A stretch of DNA of 64,000 bases, from positions 193,699 through 257,698 of the forward strand of contig JAQULM010000001.1 of the NCBI GenBank assembly GCA_028718605.1, given 5' to 3'. Both the position numbers and the translations under genes were made by a program. Origin of the DNA: Patescibacteria group bacterium (lineage in GTDB: Bacteria > Patescibacteriota > Patescibacteriia > UBA10025 > JAHIVO01). The notes below the pieces were generated by a model. The model saw nothing but the letters and a program-made list of their open reading frames with translations, was not told the origin of the DNA and ran no database searches. Position 1 is the first letter of the stretch. The number at the start of each line of letters is the position of its first letter. This document shows positions 26,774 through 37,304 of this stretch, piece after piece.

Positions 26774-28153
26774 CTAGCAGTTCGGCGTCAATGCCAGTGA
26801 GGTGTCGATACTCATCCGCCTGTACGCTCTGGGCAAATTCTTCCGCAGCGGCTTCTTGAAGTCGAAGCACGCATTGAGCATCCTCCGGTCAATCAGCTTG
26901 CCGATCGTTTTCCGCCGTCTGGGAAGTTTTGCGCCAAGCAATACTGCCTTGAAATGGCGGCGTTCCTTGAGCGCAGTGAACGCGCATCGCTGGATGAGCG
27001 CGTATACCTCCTCCGGATCGAAACCCTGCCCACAGAGCATGAGCTTTACCTCTTCGGACGCGTACAGTCCGAGCGCGCTGTTGATGTTTTCGGCCATCCG
27101 CTCACGACGGATGGTCATCCGCGAGAGCAGGCCGTTCATCTTCTGGAGCTGGTAGTCGACGATCGCGGTCGCATCCGGCAGGATTACGCGCTCGACCGAC
27201 GACTGGGAAATGTCGCGCTCGAACCAGGTGGCGATATTCTCGACACTGGCGTGGGCGTACGCGCGCGTGAGCCGTGCCTGGCCGCACACTCGTTCCGACG
27301 TAATCGGGTTTTTCTTATGCGGCATAGCGGATGACCCCTTCTGGGTCTTCTTGAACGGCTCCATCACCTCGGCGACGGCGCTGTGTGACATCAGGCGGAT
27401 ATCGGTCGCTATCTTCTCAAGATTAGCGCTGATGATCGCCAGCTCGCCCATGAACCGAGCGATAACATCCCGGTGTACGATCTGGGTCGCTGCAGGCCGT
27501 ACCCCAAGTCCCAGGATGTCGCAGACGCGCGCCTCAAGCTCCGGATCGATAGTTGCATAGTTGCCTACCGCACCGGAGCATTTTGTCAGCTTCAGCTGGT
27601 CGGTGATGAACAGCAAATTAGTCTGTGAACGCTCCATGAACTCAAGGTATCCCACAAATCTCCAACCGAGCGTTGTCACCTTCGCGTACTGGATATGTGT
27701 GAATGCCATACAGTACGTCCAAGCATGATCAGAAGCGAGCATGCGCAGCGTAGTGACGAGCAGATTCATATCCTCCAGGATGATCCTGGCGGCACGGAGG
27801 AGCTGCAGCGAGAGCGCCGGCTCCTCGGTATCGTACGAGGTCATCCCGTCATGGATGTACTTGCGCAGGCTCTTCGGGAGCGACTGGCGGACGGTCTCCA
27901 CGAACGCTAGAAGATCATGGTCAAGGGACACCTCGAGCTCGAGGATCCGCTTGACGCTGAACTGGGCTCGCTGCTTGATTTTGGTGTACGTACCCTTCGG
28001 GTACACGCCCAGATCCTCTCTCGCCTTGATCATAGCGAGCTCAACAAGCAGCCATTTGGCAAACTTGGAATTGAGCTGCCAGATTTGATGAATTTTCTTT
28101 GGGTTATACCGTGCAATCACGATACGCCTCCTTTCTGTGTATTTGGATGTCAA
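26774..28153 (-). CDS. purB: Adenylosuccinate lyase (fumarate-lyase superfamily)
   Basis: The family signature GSSAMPHKKNPITSE is present, together with DGMTSYDTEEPALSLQL and the MLCGQGFDPEEVYALIQ C-terminus. Confidence 0.75.
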   Translation of the reverse strand: MTSKYTERRRIVIARYNPKKIHQIWQLNSKFAKWLLVELAMIKAREDLGVYPKGTYTKIKQRAQFSVKRILELEVSLDHDLLAFVETVRQSLPKSLRKYIHDGMTSYDTEEPALSLQLLRAARIILEDMNLLVTTLRMLASDHAWTYCMAFTHIQYAKVTTLGWRFVGYLEFMERSQTNLLFITDQLKLTKCSGAVGNYATIDPELEARVCDILGLGVRPAATQIVHRDVIARFMGELAIISANLEKIATDIRLMSHSAVAEVMEPFKKTQKGSSAMPHKKNPITSERVCGQARLTRAYAHASVENIATWFERDISQSSVERVILPDATAIVDYQLQKMNGLLSRMTIRRERMAENINSALGLYASEEVKLMLCGQGFDPEEVYALIQRCAFTALKERRHFKAVLLGAKLPRRRKTIGKLIDRRMLNACFDFKKPLRKNLPRAYRRMSIDTSLALTPNC

Positions 28154-28267
28154 ATGTCCTCTTTTAAATTACCTTACCTTACACCCGATACCCCACCCCG
28201 GTCAATAAGAAAAGCCCCGTTCCTCCACAACGGGGCTTTGTGATAAAAATCAATCTCCTTCGATGTA

Positions 28268-29785
28268 CTATGCGGCAATCTGCACTTTCTTTTTCGCTGC
28301 GCTGGAACGAACGATGATCTGGTGGCGGGCTGGGCCTGTTCCAATGAGCAGGATCCGCACGCCAACGAGCTTCTCGAGCTTCCAGATGAACTGCTTCGCA
28401 GAGTACGGCAGGGCCTTCCAATCGCTGATGCCAGTAATATCCTCGTCCCAGCACTTCCAGTTCTCGATGATCGGCTCGACCCGATACAGATCGTCAGTAT
28501 CAGGCATATCACCTGGCTGCAGCCGCTTGCCATCAAGTTTGTAGCCGACGACAACCGGTACGTACTTCAAGCCGGACAACATGTCGAACCGCGTGAGCGC
28601 GAACCAGCGTGGCCCGTTAATGCGGATTACGTAGTGGAGCCACATGATATCCATCCAACCGACACTCCTGCCGCGGCCGGTCGTCGCACCGAGCTCGTAC
28701 CCCAGAACCTGGAAGTACTGCGCCCAATCCTTTGCCGTCGCGCGTCCCGCATTAATCAAAGCACGTTTCACGCGCAGGAACTTGATGCGGTCCGGGGTAT
28801 CCTTGAAGAGTTCCGGGTGGTCAAGTGCGAACTGCTCACACTTCTTCCGATCCCAGATCTCCGAGGGGAATGGGCCAGCGCCGACTCTCGTCGGAAGCGC
28901 CTTCATAACCATGAGGACGACAGCTCTCGCGAATGCCCGAAGAGGCATCCCAGTACCCAGCGGCGCACCAGCTGCAACTGAATGGCCTGCCGAGACGTAC
29001 GGCCACGTGCCGAGATCGATGTCGAGCCCGGGTGCCTGCGCCGCTTCGAAGAGCAAGCGGGCACGATGGCAAAACGCCTTGAACAATCCACTGGCTGTAT
29101 CGGTAACGTACCGCTCGATCCGTGGTGCGTGTTCAAGAAGCTCGCGTTCAACCTTGGACGGCCCCCATACCTCTTTCTTCCGAATGATGCCAAGCCGGAC
29201 CATCTCGTCGAAACACGGTTTCAATGCCACGTACAGGCCCGTGAGCCGCTGACGGAGGAGTCGAGGGTCACCATACAGGTGCCTGACCTCGATTCCAGCC
29301 CTGAGTATCCTCAAGCCAGCGAGCGGACCGATCGCCTTTCCGGTCGTCTGGACTCGCTTCTTCCCCATGGCATACTCCAGCCACTTCTCGAGCAGCTCGT
29401 GCCACTGGGTCCAAACCGGCGAGTATTTATCAACCCAGATCGGCGGCAGATTCTCACCGAAGACCCCCTTTGCCACGTCGAGTTCAGTGCAAAAACGCTT
29501 CAGGTCGGAGAAAACGCCCCGCCCGAGGACGCACCGCACCCGCCGTGCGATACCGCACGGGATCAGGTGCCCGATGAACTTCTGGCCGCCAGGCGTGACC
29601 AGAGTATGCCCTGCGCCGGCACCGCCGCTGAACCGTATCGCGTACTGGTACATGGCGCTGAGCAGGTCGACTATCTTGCCCTTCCCCTCATCGCCCCAGT
29701 ACGTACCCGTGACGATGAGCATTTGGAATGGCGCGAAGATCGCCCGCAACCGTGCGGAGAGCCTCCATAAACTGCCAGACTTCAT
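28268..29785 (-). CDS. purA: Adenylosuccinate synthetase, with a ~21-aa N-terminal extension and several insertions
   Basis: The motifs GTYWGDEGKGKIVD, GGAGAGHT and ...GTGPARHQII are present. A strong RBS gaaggagg lies 5 nt upstream of the ATG at 29785. Confidence 0.85.
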   Translation of the reverse strand: MKSGSLWRLSARLRAIFAPFQMLIVTGTYWGDEGKGKIVDLLSAMYQYAIRFSGGAGAGHTLVTPGGQKFIGHLIPCGIARRVRCVLGRGVFSDLKRFCTELDVAKGVFGENLPPIWVDKYSPVWTQWHELLEKWLEYAMGKKRVQTTGKAIGPLAGLRILRAGIEVRHLYGDPRLLRQRLTGLYVALKPCFDEMVRLGIIRKKEVWGPSKVERELLEHAPRIERYVTDTASGLFKAFCHRARLLFEAAQAPGLDIDLGTWPYVSAGHSVAAGAPLGTGMPLRAFARAVVLMVMKALPTRVGAGPFPSEIWDRKKCEQFALDHPELFKDTPDRIKFLRVKRALINAGRATAKDWAQYFQVLGYELGATTGRGRSVGWMDIMWLHYVIRINGPRWFALTRFDMLSGLKYVPVVVGYKLDGKRLQPGDMPDTDDLYRVEPIIENWKCWDEDITGISDWKALPYSAKQFIWKLEKLVGVRILLIGTGPARHQIIVRSSAAKKKVQIAA

Positions 29786-30009
29786 AAGTAACCTCCTTCT
29801 ACAAAATCTCTGTATTTCTGCACGTTAATTGTCAACAATTGCTCTTTTCCTCCAATCGATGGAAAATCAAGAACGATTTTCAATTAGGTTACCTTACCAC
29901 TGTGTACACCGAGAGTCAACTTGCGCGAAAGCGCTTGCTATATTACAATACGTGAACACAAATCAACACCAACAACACCCCAAAACAGGGGTTATTCATT
30001 GGAGGAACA

Positions 30010-30498
30010 ATGCTCTCTCGCATCTTCATGGTGGTTCTCGCGGTCATGGTGTGCACCGGATCGGCACGCTGCCAGACTGACAGCTCACTATGCCAGCTCT
30101 GCGAAGCGCGTGAACTGAACTGCGATACGATCCAACTCGTTTTCTCGACTCTCGAAACGGCGATGCAGGCGCTGCAAAATGCGCTCGCTGCACATCACGA
30201 CAGCTGTTTGGCCTGCGGCTATGAAATGACAATCGCCGATTTCGAAAAATCATTATCGGTGGAGCTCCCCCACTCCTCGATGACCGGGCCAGGCTGTTGC
30301 GTACGGATTATGCGGCAAAACAACGAGGATTTCGTTCCGGCCGGATGGAATTTTGAACTCGATCGGCCAATTCTCATCATTGCCATCTACCATCCCGCAG
30401 GGACCAATGCCAGGCCCGTTGCGCGTATCGTCAGAGCAGTTCCGACGAGGAGAACGCTTCTCGAATTTGATGGCGGCAACGCACGGTTGAGGTTCTAG
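30010..30498 (+). CDS. Secreted Cys-rich hypothetical protein
   Basis: The signal peptide is MLSRIFMVVLAVMVCTGSARC. The RBS is ggagga. Confidence 0.6.
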   Translation: MLSRIFMVVLAVMVCTGSARCQTDSSLCQLCEARELNCDTIQLVFSTLETAMQALQNALAAHHDSCLACGYEMTIADFEKSLSVELPHSSMTGPGCCVRIMRQNNEDFVPAGWNFELDRPILIIAIYHPAGTNARPVARIVRAVPTRRTLLEFDGGNARLRF

Positions 30499-30607
30499 GC
30501 ATCAGTACGCTCGATGAACAGGCATCCCCGCTCGTACGCTTCATGTACGGCGGGGGTTTTTATTTTCACGCAACTGTGCCGGGCAGTTTGTACAGTACGA
30601 ACAAGCA

Positions 30608-31615
30608 TTGTACAATGTAATTACTATGAAACTTTCGCCTGAAACAAAACGCCTCCTCTGGTTTTTCGCGATCTATCTCTTCATCAGCTGGGCGCTGGTT
30701 GGTGTCTATTTTTTTACCCACGCGCCCGTCTCGTCCCACGACTGGACGGCTTGGCATAATGATATTGCGGACGGTGGCATGAAAAATTCGACCCAATTCC
30801 GGCTGCTCTCATTCTGGCTTGCGGAGGGAATCCATCACTTCATGCAGATGCCGATCAACCTCGCCTATTTCACCCTGAGGTTTATTTTTACTTTCACTAC
30901 ACTTGTATTATTCCATTTTTTTCTCCTCAAATGGTTTGAGGAAAAGGAAGCGTTCCTCGGCACAATACTCCTGGCCGCGCTTACCCCCCTCACCTATATG
31001 CCGTTTCTCCAGGAATCGGACATGGTGCTCATGCCATTCTTCCTTCTCGCGCTCTTTTTCTCGAGAGAGCGAAAATTACTTCCCCTTGCGCTCATTGTCT
31101 TTATCGGGACGTTTGCGAAAGAGACGATCGCCTTCTGCGTGCCTTTTTACCTGATCGCACGCTGGGAGAAAGGAAGGACAGTACGTACAATCATGGAAAC
31201 CGCACTCCTGGCCGCAGTATGGGGCTTGGCGTTTTATATCACCAGAAACGCGTTCTATGACGGATTGAACTCGCACCTGTGGCAATTGGGGAAAAACATT
31301 CGAACTACCCTCGCGACGATCCGGGTGTACCCCCTGACAAATTACCGCCTGTATTTCATTCCCGTATTCGGGGCTTTGTGGATACTGCCATTTCTCCGCT
31401 TGAGGCAGAAACCACTTTTTTTCAAGCGTACCGCAATTTTCATTCCGCTCTACACGGCATTGAGCTTCCTTCTCGGATGGCCGCATGAAACAAGAATCAT
31501 GCTTCCCCTCGCGTTTCTTATTATTCCGGCAAGCATACTGACGCTCTTCCCTGAAACACTAAAAAAGACCGCCTCAGCATTGATGCCAGGTATGCCGAAC
31601 GCCAAATCGAAATAA
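30608..31615 (+). CDS. Polytopic membrane protein (about 9 TM), possibly glycan polymerase/ligase-like
   Basis: Only hydropathy supports this call. Confidence 0.5.
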   Translation: MYNVITMKLSPETKRLLWFFAIYLFISWALVGVYFFTHAPVSSHDWTAWHNDIADGGMKNSTQFRLLSFWLAEGIHHFMQMPINLAYFTLRFIFTFTTLVLFHFFLLKWFEEKEAFLGTILLAALTPLTYMPFLQESDMVLMPFFLLALFFSRERKLLPLALIVFIGTFAKETIAFCVPFYLIARWEKGRTVRTIMETALLAAVWGLAFYITRNAFYDGLNSHLWQLGKNIRTTLATIRVYPLTNYRLYFIPVFGALWILPFLRLRQKPLFFKRTAIFIPLYTALSFLLGWPHETRIMLPLAFLIIPASILTLFPETLKKTASALMPGMPNAKSK

Positions 31616-31617
31616 CA

Positions 31618-33147
31618 TCATTCCCACTCAACCGTCCCCGGAGGCTTAGGTGTAATATCATACAGCACCCGATTCACGTCGGGGATCTCGTTTGTTATGC
31701 GTGTTGAAATGCGGGCGAGCAGGCGATGCGGTACGCGGGCCCAATCTGCGGTCATGAAATCACGGGTCGTTACCGCACGTACGATGATGGGGTACCGATA
31801 GGTGCGGGCGTCTCCTTGCACGCCAACCGACTTAATGGTTGGTAAAACTGCAAAATATTGCTGAATCGCTTTCTGTAGCCGGGCTCGCGCAATTTCCTCC
31901 CGTACGATGCTGTCGGCATGCCGCACGATCGCGAGCTTTTCCGGCGTCACATCGCCGATAATGCGTACGGCAAGCCCGGGACCTGGAAATGGCTGCCGCT
32001 CGGTAATAGCAGGGGGCAGTCCCAACATGCGCCCGACTTTCCGCACTTCGTCTTTATAGAGGTATCGGAATGGCTCGATAAGCTTGAAGCCGAATTTTTT
32101 CGGCAATCCACCCACGTTATGGTGCGACTTAATCACCGCCGCGGCATTACCGACGCTCTGCCCTGAGGTTATCGCATCTGTGTACAGTGTCCCTTGAACA
32201 AGCCATTGTACGCGTCCAATTTTTTTCGATTCACGCTCAAAAATGCGTATAAACAATTCGCCGATTATTTTACGTTTGCGCTCCGGGTCAACGACACCCC
32301 GCAGCGCAGCAAGAAATTGCTTCTGGGCATGCACGACTTTCAAATTCATGCGCTGGTACGACCGGAAGGTGCGCTGGACCTGAATCGCCTCTCCCTCGCG
32401 CAGCAAACCCGTATCGACAAATATGCAATGAAGCTGCCTGCCGATTGCCCGATGTACAATAGTCGCTGCAACGGACGAATCAACCCCGCCGGACAATGCA
32501 CAAACCACCCGGTCATCGGCAACGTGCCGCCGGATTTCATTAACCTGCTCTGTGATAAACCGCCGCATTGTCCAGGATTTCTGGGCGCCGGTTAGCGCGA
32601 TAAAATTCCGCAGTATCCGATTGCCGTTCTTGGTATGCGAAACCTCGGGATGAAACTGGAGCCCGTATAACCGTCGTGCCTCATCCCCGATTGCAGCAAA
32701 CCCGCAGTTGTCCGAATGCGCGATGCCAACAAAACCGCGCGGTAATTTAGTTACCTGATCTCCGTGGGACATCCAGGTCATTTGCTTATTCTGAAGCCCG
32801 TGGAACAACCGAGACCGCTGATTGACTGTTACGCTCGTCGGACCGTATTCTCGTGCTTTTGCCCTGCGGACCGCCCCCCCAAGTTGATAAGCCATCAGTT
32901 GTAATCCATAACAAATGCCGAGGACCGGAATGCCCAGGGAAAAGACATCTTTTGAAATGCGCAAACTGCTTCTGCCCGATAAATTCTGGGGACCGCCGGA
33001 CAGTATGATCCCCTTGGCTGCCCGCAGCACCGAAATCTTCGTTGAAGCAGGCACAAGCTCCGCGTAGACGCCACATTCCCTCACGCGCCTGACGATCAGG
33101 TGCGAATATTGGGAACCAAAATCGAGAACATAGATGGTATCAGGCAT
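31618..33147 (-). CDS. guaA: GMP synthase (glutamine-hydrolysing)
   Basis: The protein is collinear with E. coli GuaA: LDFGSQY..., SGGVDSSV, KSHHNVGGLP, and the ...PPGTVEWE C-terminus. Confidence 0.95.
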   Translation of the reverse strand: MPDTIYVLDFGSQYSHLIVRRVRECGVYAELVPASTKISVLRAAKGIILSGGPQNLSGRSSLRISKDVFSLGIPVLGICYGLQLMAYQLGGAVRRAKAREYGPTSVTVNQRSRLFHGLQNKQMTWMSHGDQVTKLPRGFVGIAHSDNCGFAAIGDEARRLYGLQFHPEVSHTKNGNRILRNFIALTGAQKSWTMRRFITEQVNEIRRHVADDRVVCALSGGVDSSVAATIVHRAIGRQLHCIFVDTGLLREGEAIQVQRTFRSYQRMNLKVVHAQKQFLAALRGVVDPERKRKIIGELFIRIFERESKKIGRVQWLVQGTLYTDAITSGQSVGNAAAVIKSHHNVGGLPKKFGFKLIEPFRYLYKDEVRKVGRMLGLPPAITERQPFPGPGLAVRIIGDVTPEKLAIVRHADSIVREEIARARLQKAIQQYFAVLPTIKSVGVQGDARTYRYPIIVRAVTTRDFMTADWARVPHRLLARISTRITNEIPDVNRVLYDITPKPPGTVEWE

Positions 33148-33161
33148 CGTGCGTATTTGCG

Positions 33162-34151
33162 TTAGTCAATGAATGTTGCATCAAATGCCCACCGAGTGCA
33201 CCGGTTGATGTCACGCTGGGACAGAATCTTCTCGCGGCGCAATATCTCCTGCTCTTCAAAAATATTCGTATCGTACATTTCGGGACCGTCGGTATTGATG
33301 GTAAACCGGATTTTGTTCCTCAGAATAGTCTGTATGATCCGCTTTAACTCAGATTTATCCCGAATTACCGAATTCCGTAAGTTCGATGTCGGGCACAGTT
33401 CGAGCGTGATCTTGCGCTTAACGATATCCCGCATTAAAGCAGGATCCTGCACGCACAGAAATCCATGCCCGATCCGGTCCGGCTGGATTGTCCTCACCAC
33501 GTACCGGAGTTCAGGAATATTCCCTTCCTCACCCGCGTGCACGGTTACGCCCAAACCGGCTTTACGCGCCTTCCGGAACAGCGGGGTGTGTTTCTGGATT
33601 GAAAATGACTTGCGCTGGGGGCCAGCCAAGTCAATGCCGACTATCCCGCTCGCGCGATAGCGGATGGCCTTTTCTAAAATGATAGCATTCTGCTTATACG
33701 TAAACATCCGGTCCATCATCAGAATGATTCCAGCGCGTACCTGGGGGTATTCAAACATCGCGCGATCCAAGCCCCAGAGGGCAGCGACGATGATATGGTC
33801 GAGATCCCGCTCACCACCACGATTTCGGAACATCGGATTGAACCGCAATTCCTGCAGTACGATGTTGCACTTTCGGTAGCCGCCACCAAGCACACTCGTC
33901 ACCGACTCTTCGATAGCCTCCGGCGACGACTGGATGAGCTCAGTCCAATAGAAATACTTATTGTGCATGTCGTCGAGCGTTTTATTCCGTTCCGAGCCGG
34001 ACATGGTGATCATGTCCTCGAAATCCCAGTAGTTTTTCGTTGGCAGCCGTATTCCCTGCCGGTGCGCAATCGACCATAGGATCGCCGGATGAACCGATGA
34101 TCCGAGGTGGGCATGGAGCTCGGCACGTGCAATGCTTGTTTTTGGTGGCAT
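33162..34151 (-). CDS. add: Adenosine deaminase family protein
   Basis: The motifs ELHAHL, VTVHAGE, RIGHG, ELCPTSN and TINTDGP are present. Confidence 0.7.
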   Translation of the reverse strand: MPPKTSIARAELHAHLGSSVHPAILWSIAHRQGIRLPTKNYWDFEDMITMSGSERNKTLDDMHNKYFYWTELIQSSPEAIEESVTSVLGGGYRKCNIVLQELRFNPMFRNRGGERDLDHIIVAALWGLDRAMFEYPQVRAGIILMMDRMFTYKQNAIILEKAIRYRASGIVGIDLAGPQRKSFSIQKHTPLFRKARKAGLGVTVHAGEEGNIPELRYVVRTIQPDRIGHGFLCVQDPALMRDIVKRKITLELCPTSNLRNSVIRDKSELKRIIQTILRNKIRFTINTDGPEMYDTNIFEEQEILRREKILSQRDINRCTRWAFDATFID

Positions 34152-34155
34152 AAAA

Positions 34156-35238
34156 TTATTGGTAGTTTGGAGCTTTCTTACGGATCGTTATACTGTGCGG
34201 ATGCGACTCTAAAAAGCTTGCGCTCGTTATCTGGATAAATCTCGCTTGGCGCGGAAGGTCGACAATTCGCTGAGCCCCGAGATAGCCCATGCCGCTCCGC
34301 AGCCCGCCGGTTAAATGCCATATAATATCAGAAACCGGACCACAGTACGGGACCGCGCCTTCAACGCCTTCTGGCACGTAGCGTGCAGCGCCACGCTGAA
34401 AATAGCGGTCTGATGATTTTCCTCCCCGCATAGCGCCGAGGCTTCCCATACCGCGGTATGTTTTATATTTCTTGCCGCCGATGTGGATCAGTGTACCCGG
34501 CGCTTCGGTTGTCCCCGCGAGGAGCGAACCAAGCATGACGGTCGACGCGCCTGCAGCAAGCGCTTTCACGATATCACCGGAGTATTTGATCCCGCCGTCC
34601 GCAATAATGGGGATCCGGTACTTACGCGCTATTGGATACACGTTCTGAATTGCGGTAAGCTGCGGTACGCCAACGCCAGTCACGACTCGCGTGGTACAGA
34701 TCGCCCCCGGTCCGATGCCGACTTTGAGCGCGTCGGCAAACGGCGCAATCGCACGTGCCGCTTCTGCAGTCGCGATATTGCCGACAACCACTTGTGCGCG
34801 TACCGCCCGCTTGATCTTCTTCGCGTCAGCGATAATCCGGCTGTTGTGCGCATGCGCGCAATCAACAAAAAGAACGCCGGTTCCCGCGCGATCCAGTGCG
34901 ACCGCACGCTCGATGTCATGGGGGCCGACGGCCGCCCCGACGAGCACATGTTGGCGTTGTACGCGGCGAACCATTGTGACTTCATCGGAAATGGTGCAAT
35001 TACGGTGGAGAACCGCCATGCCGCCAAGTTTTCCCAGGGCAATCGCCATTCGAACGCCACTTACCGTATCCATGGCTGCGGCAAGAATCGGTACCTGGAG
35101 ATTCAAGCGTTTCGTTAGGGCAGACGAGAGATCAACTTCGCGGCGCACCACCATAGAGTATCGTGGCTCGAGGAGCACGTCATCGAAGGTAAGGCCGAGT
35201 GGAAAATGGTCCTGTTTCATGCGGTTTGGGGAGGTCAA
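34156..35238 (-). CDS. guaB: IMP dehydrogenase lacking the CBS subdomain (IMPDH/GMP-reductase family)
   Basis: The catalytic loop [11 protein letters not shown], the flap [15 protein letters not shown] and the C-terminal ...KKAPNY are present. The protein is only 360 aa. Confidence 0.8.
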   Translation of the reverse strand: MTSPNRMKQDHFPLGLTFDDVLLEPRYSMVVRREVDLSSALTKRLNLQVPILAAAMDTVSGVRMAIALGKLGGMAVLHRNCTISDEVTMVRRVQRQHVLVGAAVGPHDIERAVALDRAGTGVLFVDCAHAHNSRIIADAKKIKRAVRAQVVVGNIATAEAARAIAPFADALKVGIGPGAICTTRVVTGVGVPQLTAIQNVYPIARKYRIPIIADGGIKYSGDIVKALAAGASTVMLGSLLAGTTEAPGTLIHIGGKKYKTYRGMGSLGAMRGGKSSDRYFQRGAARYVPEGVEGAVPYCGPVSDIIWHLTGGLRSGMGYLGAQRIVDLPRQARFIQITSASFLESHPHSITIRKKAPNYQ

Positions 35239-35324
35239 ATTGAGTAGTTGCTATTATAGCATAAAGAGCGTTTCAGGATAAGTGGCCCCGTCCAAAAACT
35301 TAACAATAGCAGGTGAAGGAATAA

Positions 35325-36302
35325 TTACCGCGAATACCGGATATCATACACATGCTTCATATCCCATCGTTTAATCGGCTTGGATAAATCTACCTTCACG
35401 TATTTTGGGTACAATATAAAATCCCGGTATCCGCTCTGGGAGCTGGAACCGCCGTTCGAGAAAATCGTCAAAAACGCATTATTGAACATGAATTTATACC
35501 CTGCGGTAACATACTCATGGGACCGGATCAATACGGATGCTCGAATCGATTTCATAAAACTCCGGAATGCCTGTTTCCCGAACAAGTACCCCGTACCGCG
35601 CTTATAATTGTACACGTAGTCATCAATTTCCTCACTCGGGTCGTTCCATCGAACCTCGGTCAGAATTTCTTCGTTTCGCAGATCCAGGAGCGAATGGAAT
35701 GAATCAACCGGTATCCCGCCATGGAGACCGATAATGCCGTTTGCCGTCACGACGACATGGGAAAACCGCTCGAAAAGGTCATTGAAGCGCTGGAATACAT
35801 ACTGCCCGTTGTCGTACCCGAACCGTTTGATGCACGATCCGAGAAGGCCGAAAGACTGGCCAACGTTCGTTTCCTCGTGGTTACCGCGAAGCAAATAGAC
35901 ATTTGATGGAAATGCGCATTTCAGATTCAGGACAATTTCTAGGTTTCGGACATCTTCTTTGCCGCGGTCTGCGTAATCACCGAGGAACACGATGTACAGG
36001 GGCTCACCGGACCGTATCCTCGCGGCGCATCGCTCCTGTTCGAGCACAGAAATTGTTGAATCGGGATCGCCATGCGTGTCGCCGATAAATATTGCTTCCC
36101 CCCGCTTCGGTAAAAATATGACAGGATAATTCGCGAACGGGTCGCGAGATTTTATGCCTGCAATCGTGCCGCGAAGCTTATTCTTCCCGCGGCGCTGTTC
36201 CTGGCGTATGAGCTGGTCCGCATTCGCAATCAAATTAATGAAATCCCGCCAGTTCTTGCTGTCGTGAAACCAAACATCCTTTGTATCCCGTACTGTTATC
36301 AT
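35325..36302 (-). CDS. PPP-family serine/threonine protein phosphatase (calcineurin-like metallophosphoesterase)
   Basis: The motifs are GDTHGD, GDYADRG and GNHE. Confidence 0.8.
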   Translation of the reverse strand: MITVRDTKDVWFHDSKNWRDFINLIANADQLIRQEQRRGKNKLRGTIAGIKSRDPFANYPVIFLPKRGEAIFIGDTHGDPDSTISVLEQERCAARIRSGEPLYIVFLGDYADRGKEDVRNLEIVLNLKCAFPSNVYLLRGNHEETNVGQSFGLLGSCIKRFGYDNGQYVFQRFNDLFERFSHVVVTANGIIGLHGGIPVDSFHSLLDLRNEEILTEVRWNDPSEEIDDYVYNYKRGTGYLFGKQAFRSFMKSIRASVLIRSHEYVTAGYKFMFNNAFLTIFSNGGSSSQSGYRDFILYPKYVKVDLSKPIKRWDMKHVYDIRYSR

Positions 36303-37189
36303 ACGATGCTCGTTATGACCCGCAATTGATGGGGGTGGAGCGAAATGGCAAATCGCATTCCCGGCTCAATGATTTCACCGTCAGCCTGCGCTGCGCAGGG
36401 GCGCTCTGAAGTAAGGACGACGCGCTTACTTGTGTACGTGTGGACGATGGGGAGTGAAACATGCGTGCCGCGCATGATCTTCGGTATCGACCTCAATGCA
36501 TACAACCGGCTTATTTGGTCAACGACGCAAACCGTAAACATGCCGTCATCGATCTCAGCAGACGGTGCTACCTGGAACCCGCCGCCATACGTCGTACCGT
36601 TGCAGACGGCCGCAAACAGTACCTTTTTTTCCAGGACTCTTCCCCCATCAAGTTCAATGCGGATAAACCTGAACCGGTACGTTGCGAGTGTCCGAAGTGT
36701 AGCCAGAAGATACGCCGAAAATCCGCGGGCAAACCGCAGGTACTGCCGCACGCGTGACGCAACTTCACCATCAAAACCGATGCCAACCGCGTTGATAAAA
36801 TGGCGAGTGTCATTGACCGTACCGATATCTACGTTCCGTACCGCTCCACGGCGCAATGCCGAGAGGCATTGGCGCAAGCTCCTGGAATACCCGACCTGCC
36901 GCGCAAAATCATTACCAGAGCCAATCGGAATTACCCCAAGAGCGGCATTCGTGCCGACGATGCCGTTCACAACCTCATTGACCGTCCCGTCGCCCCCCAC
37001 CGCGATAACCGCGTCATAGGTATGCGCAGCCCGGCGGGCAAGGTCGACTCCCTCGCCGGCGCGGCGGGTTATCACGGTATCGAATCGTATATTGTTATCA
37101 CGGCAGTACTGCTGGATCCGAGGAACCACGGCAAGCTTTTTGCCTCGGCCGGCAGCAGGATTGATTACAAAAAAGTATTTCTTGAACAT
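36299..37189 (-). CDS. Diacylglycerol kinase catalytic-domain lipid kinase (YegS/BmrU/DagK family)
   Basis: The sequence reads MFKKYFFVINPAAGRGK...VIAVGGDGTVNEVVNGI...GVIPIGSGNDFAR. Confidence 0.8.
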   Translation of the reverse strand: MFKKYFFVINPAAGRGKKLAVVPRIQQYCRDNNIRFDTVITRRAGEGVDLARRAAHTYDAVIAVGGDGTVNEVVNGIVGTNAALGVIPIGSGNDFARQVGYSRSLRQCLSALRRGAVRNVDIGTVNDTRHFINAVGIGFDGEVASRVRQYLRFARGFSAYLLATLRTLATYRFRFIRIELDGGRVLEKKVLFAAVCNGTTYGGGFQVAPSAEIDDGMFTVCVVDQISRLYALRSIPKIMRGTHVSLPIVHTYTSKRVVLTSERPCAAQADGEIIEPGMRFAISLHPHQLRVITSIV

Positions 37190-37304
37190 ACGTGATGGTC
37201 TATAACTCCAGTATACCGTACTCTTTGTTGCACGTTAAGAAAACGCTCCCCCTGGAAAACCCCCTAGGAGAGCGCTTTTATTCCCGAGGCGGCTAATACC
37301 GCCT

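Noticed and set aside
28322-29828. Long plus-strand ORFs of 219, 202, 262 and 153 aa antisense to purA.
   Set aside because: purA on the minus strand is unambiguous (GDEGKGK, GAGHT, strong RBS). The antisense ORFs are Arg/Pro/Ser-rich, typical of the reverse frame of a GC-rich gene.
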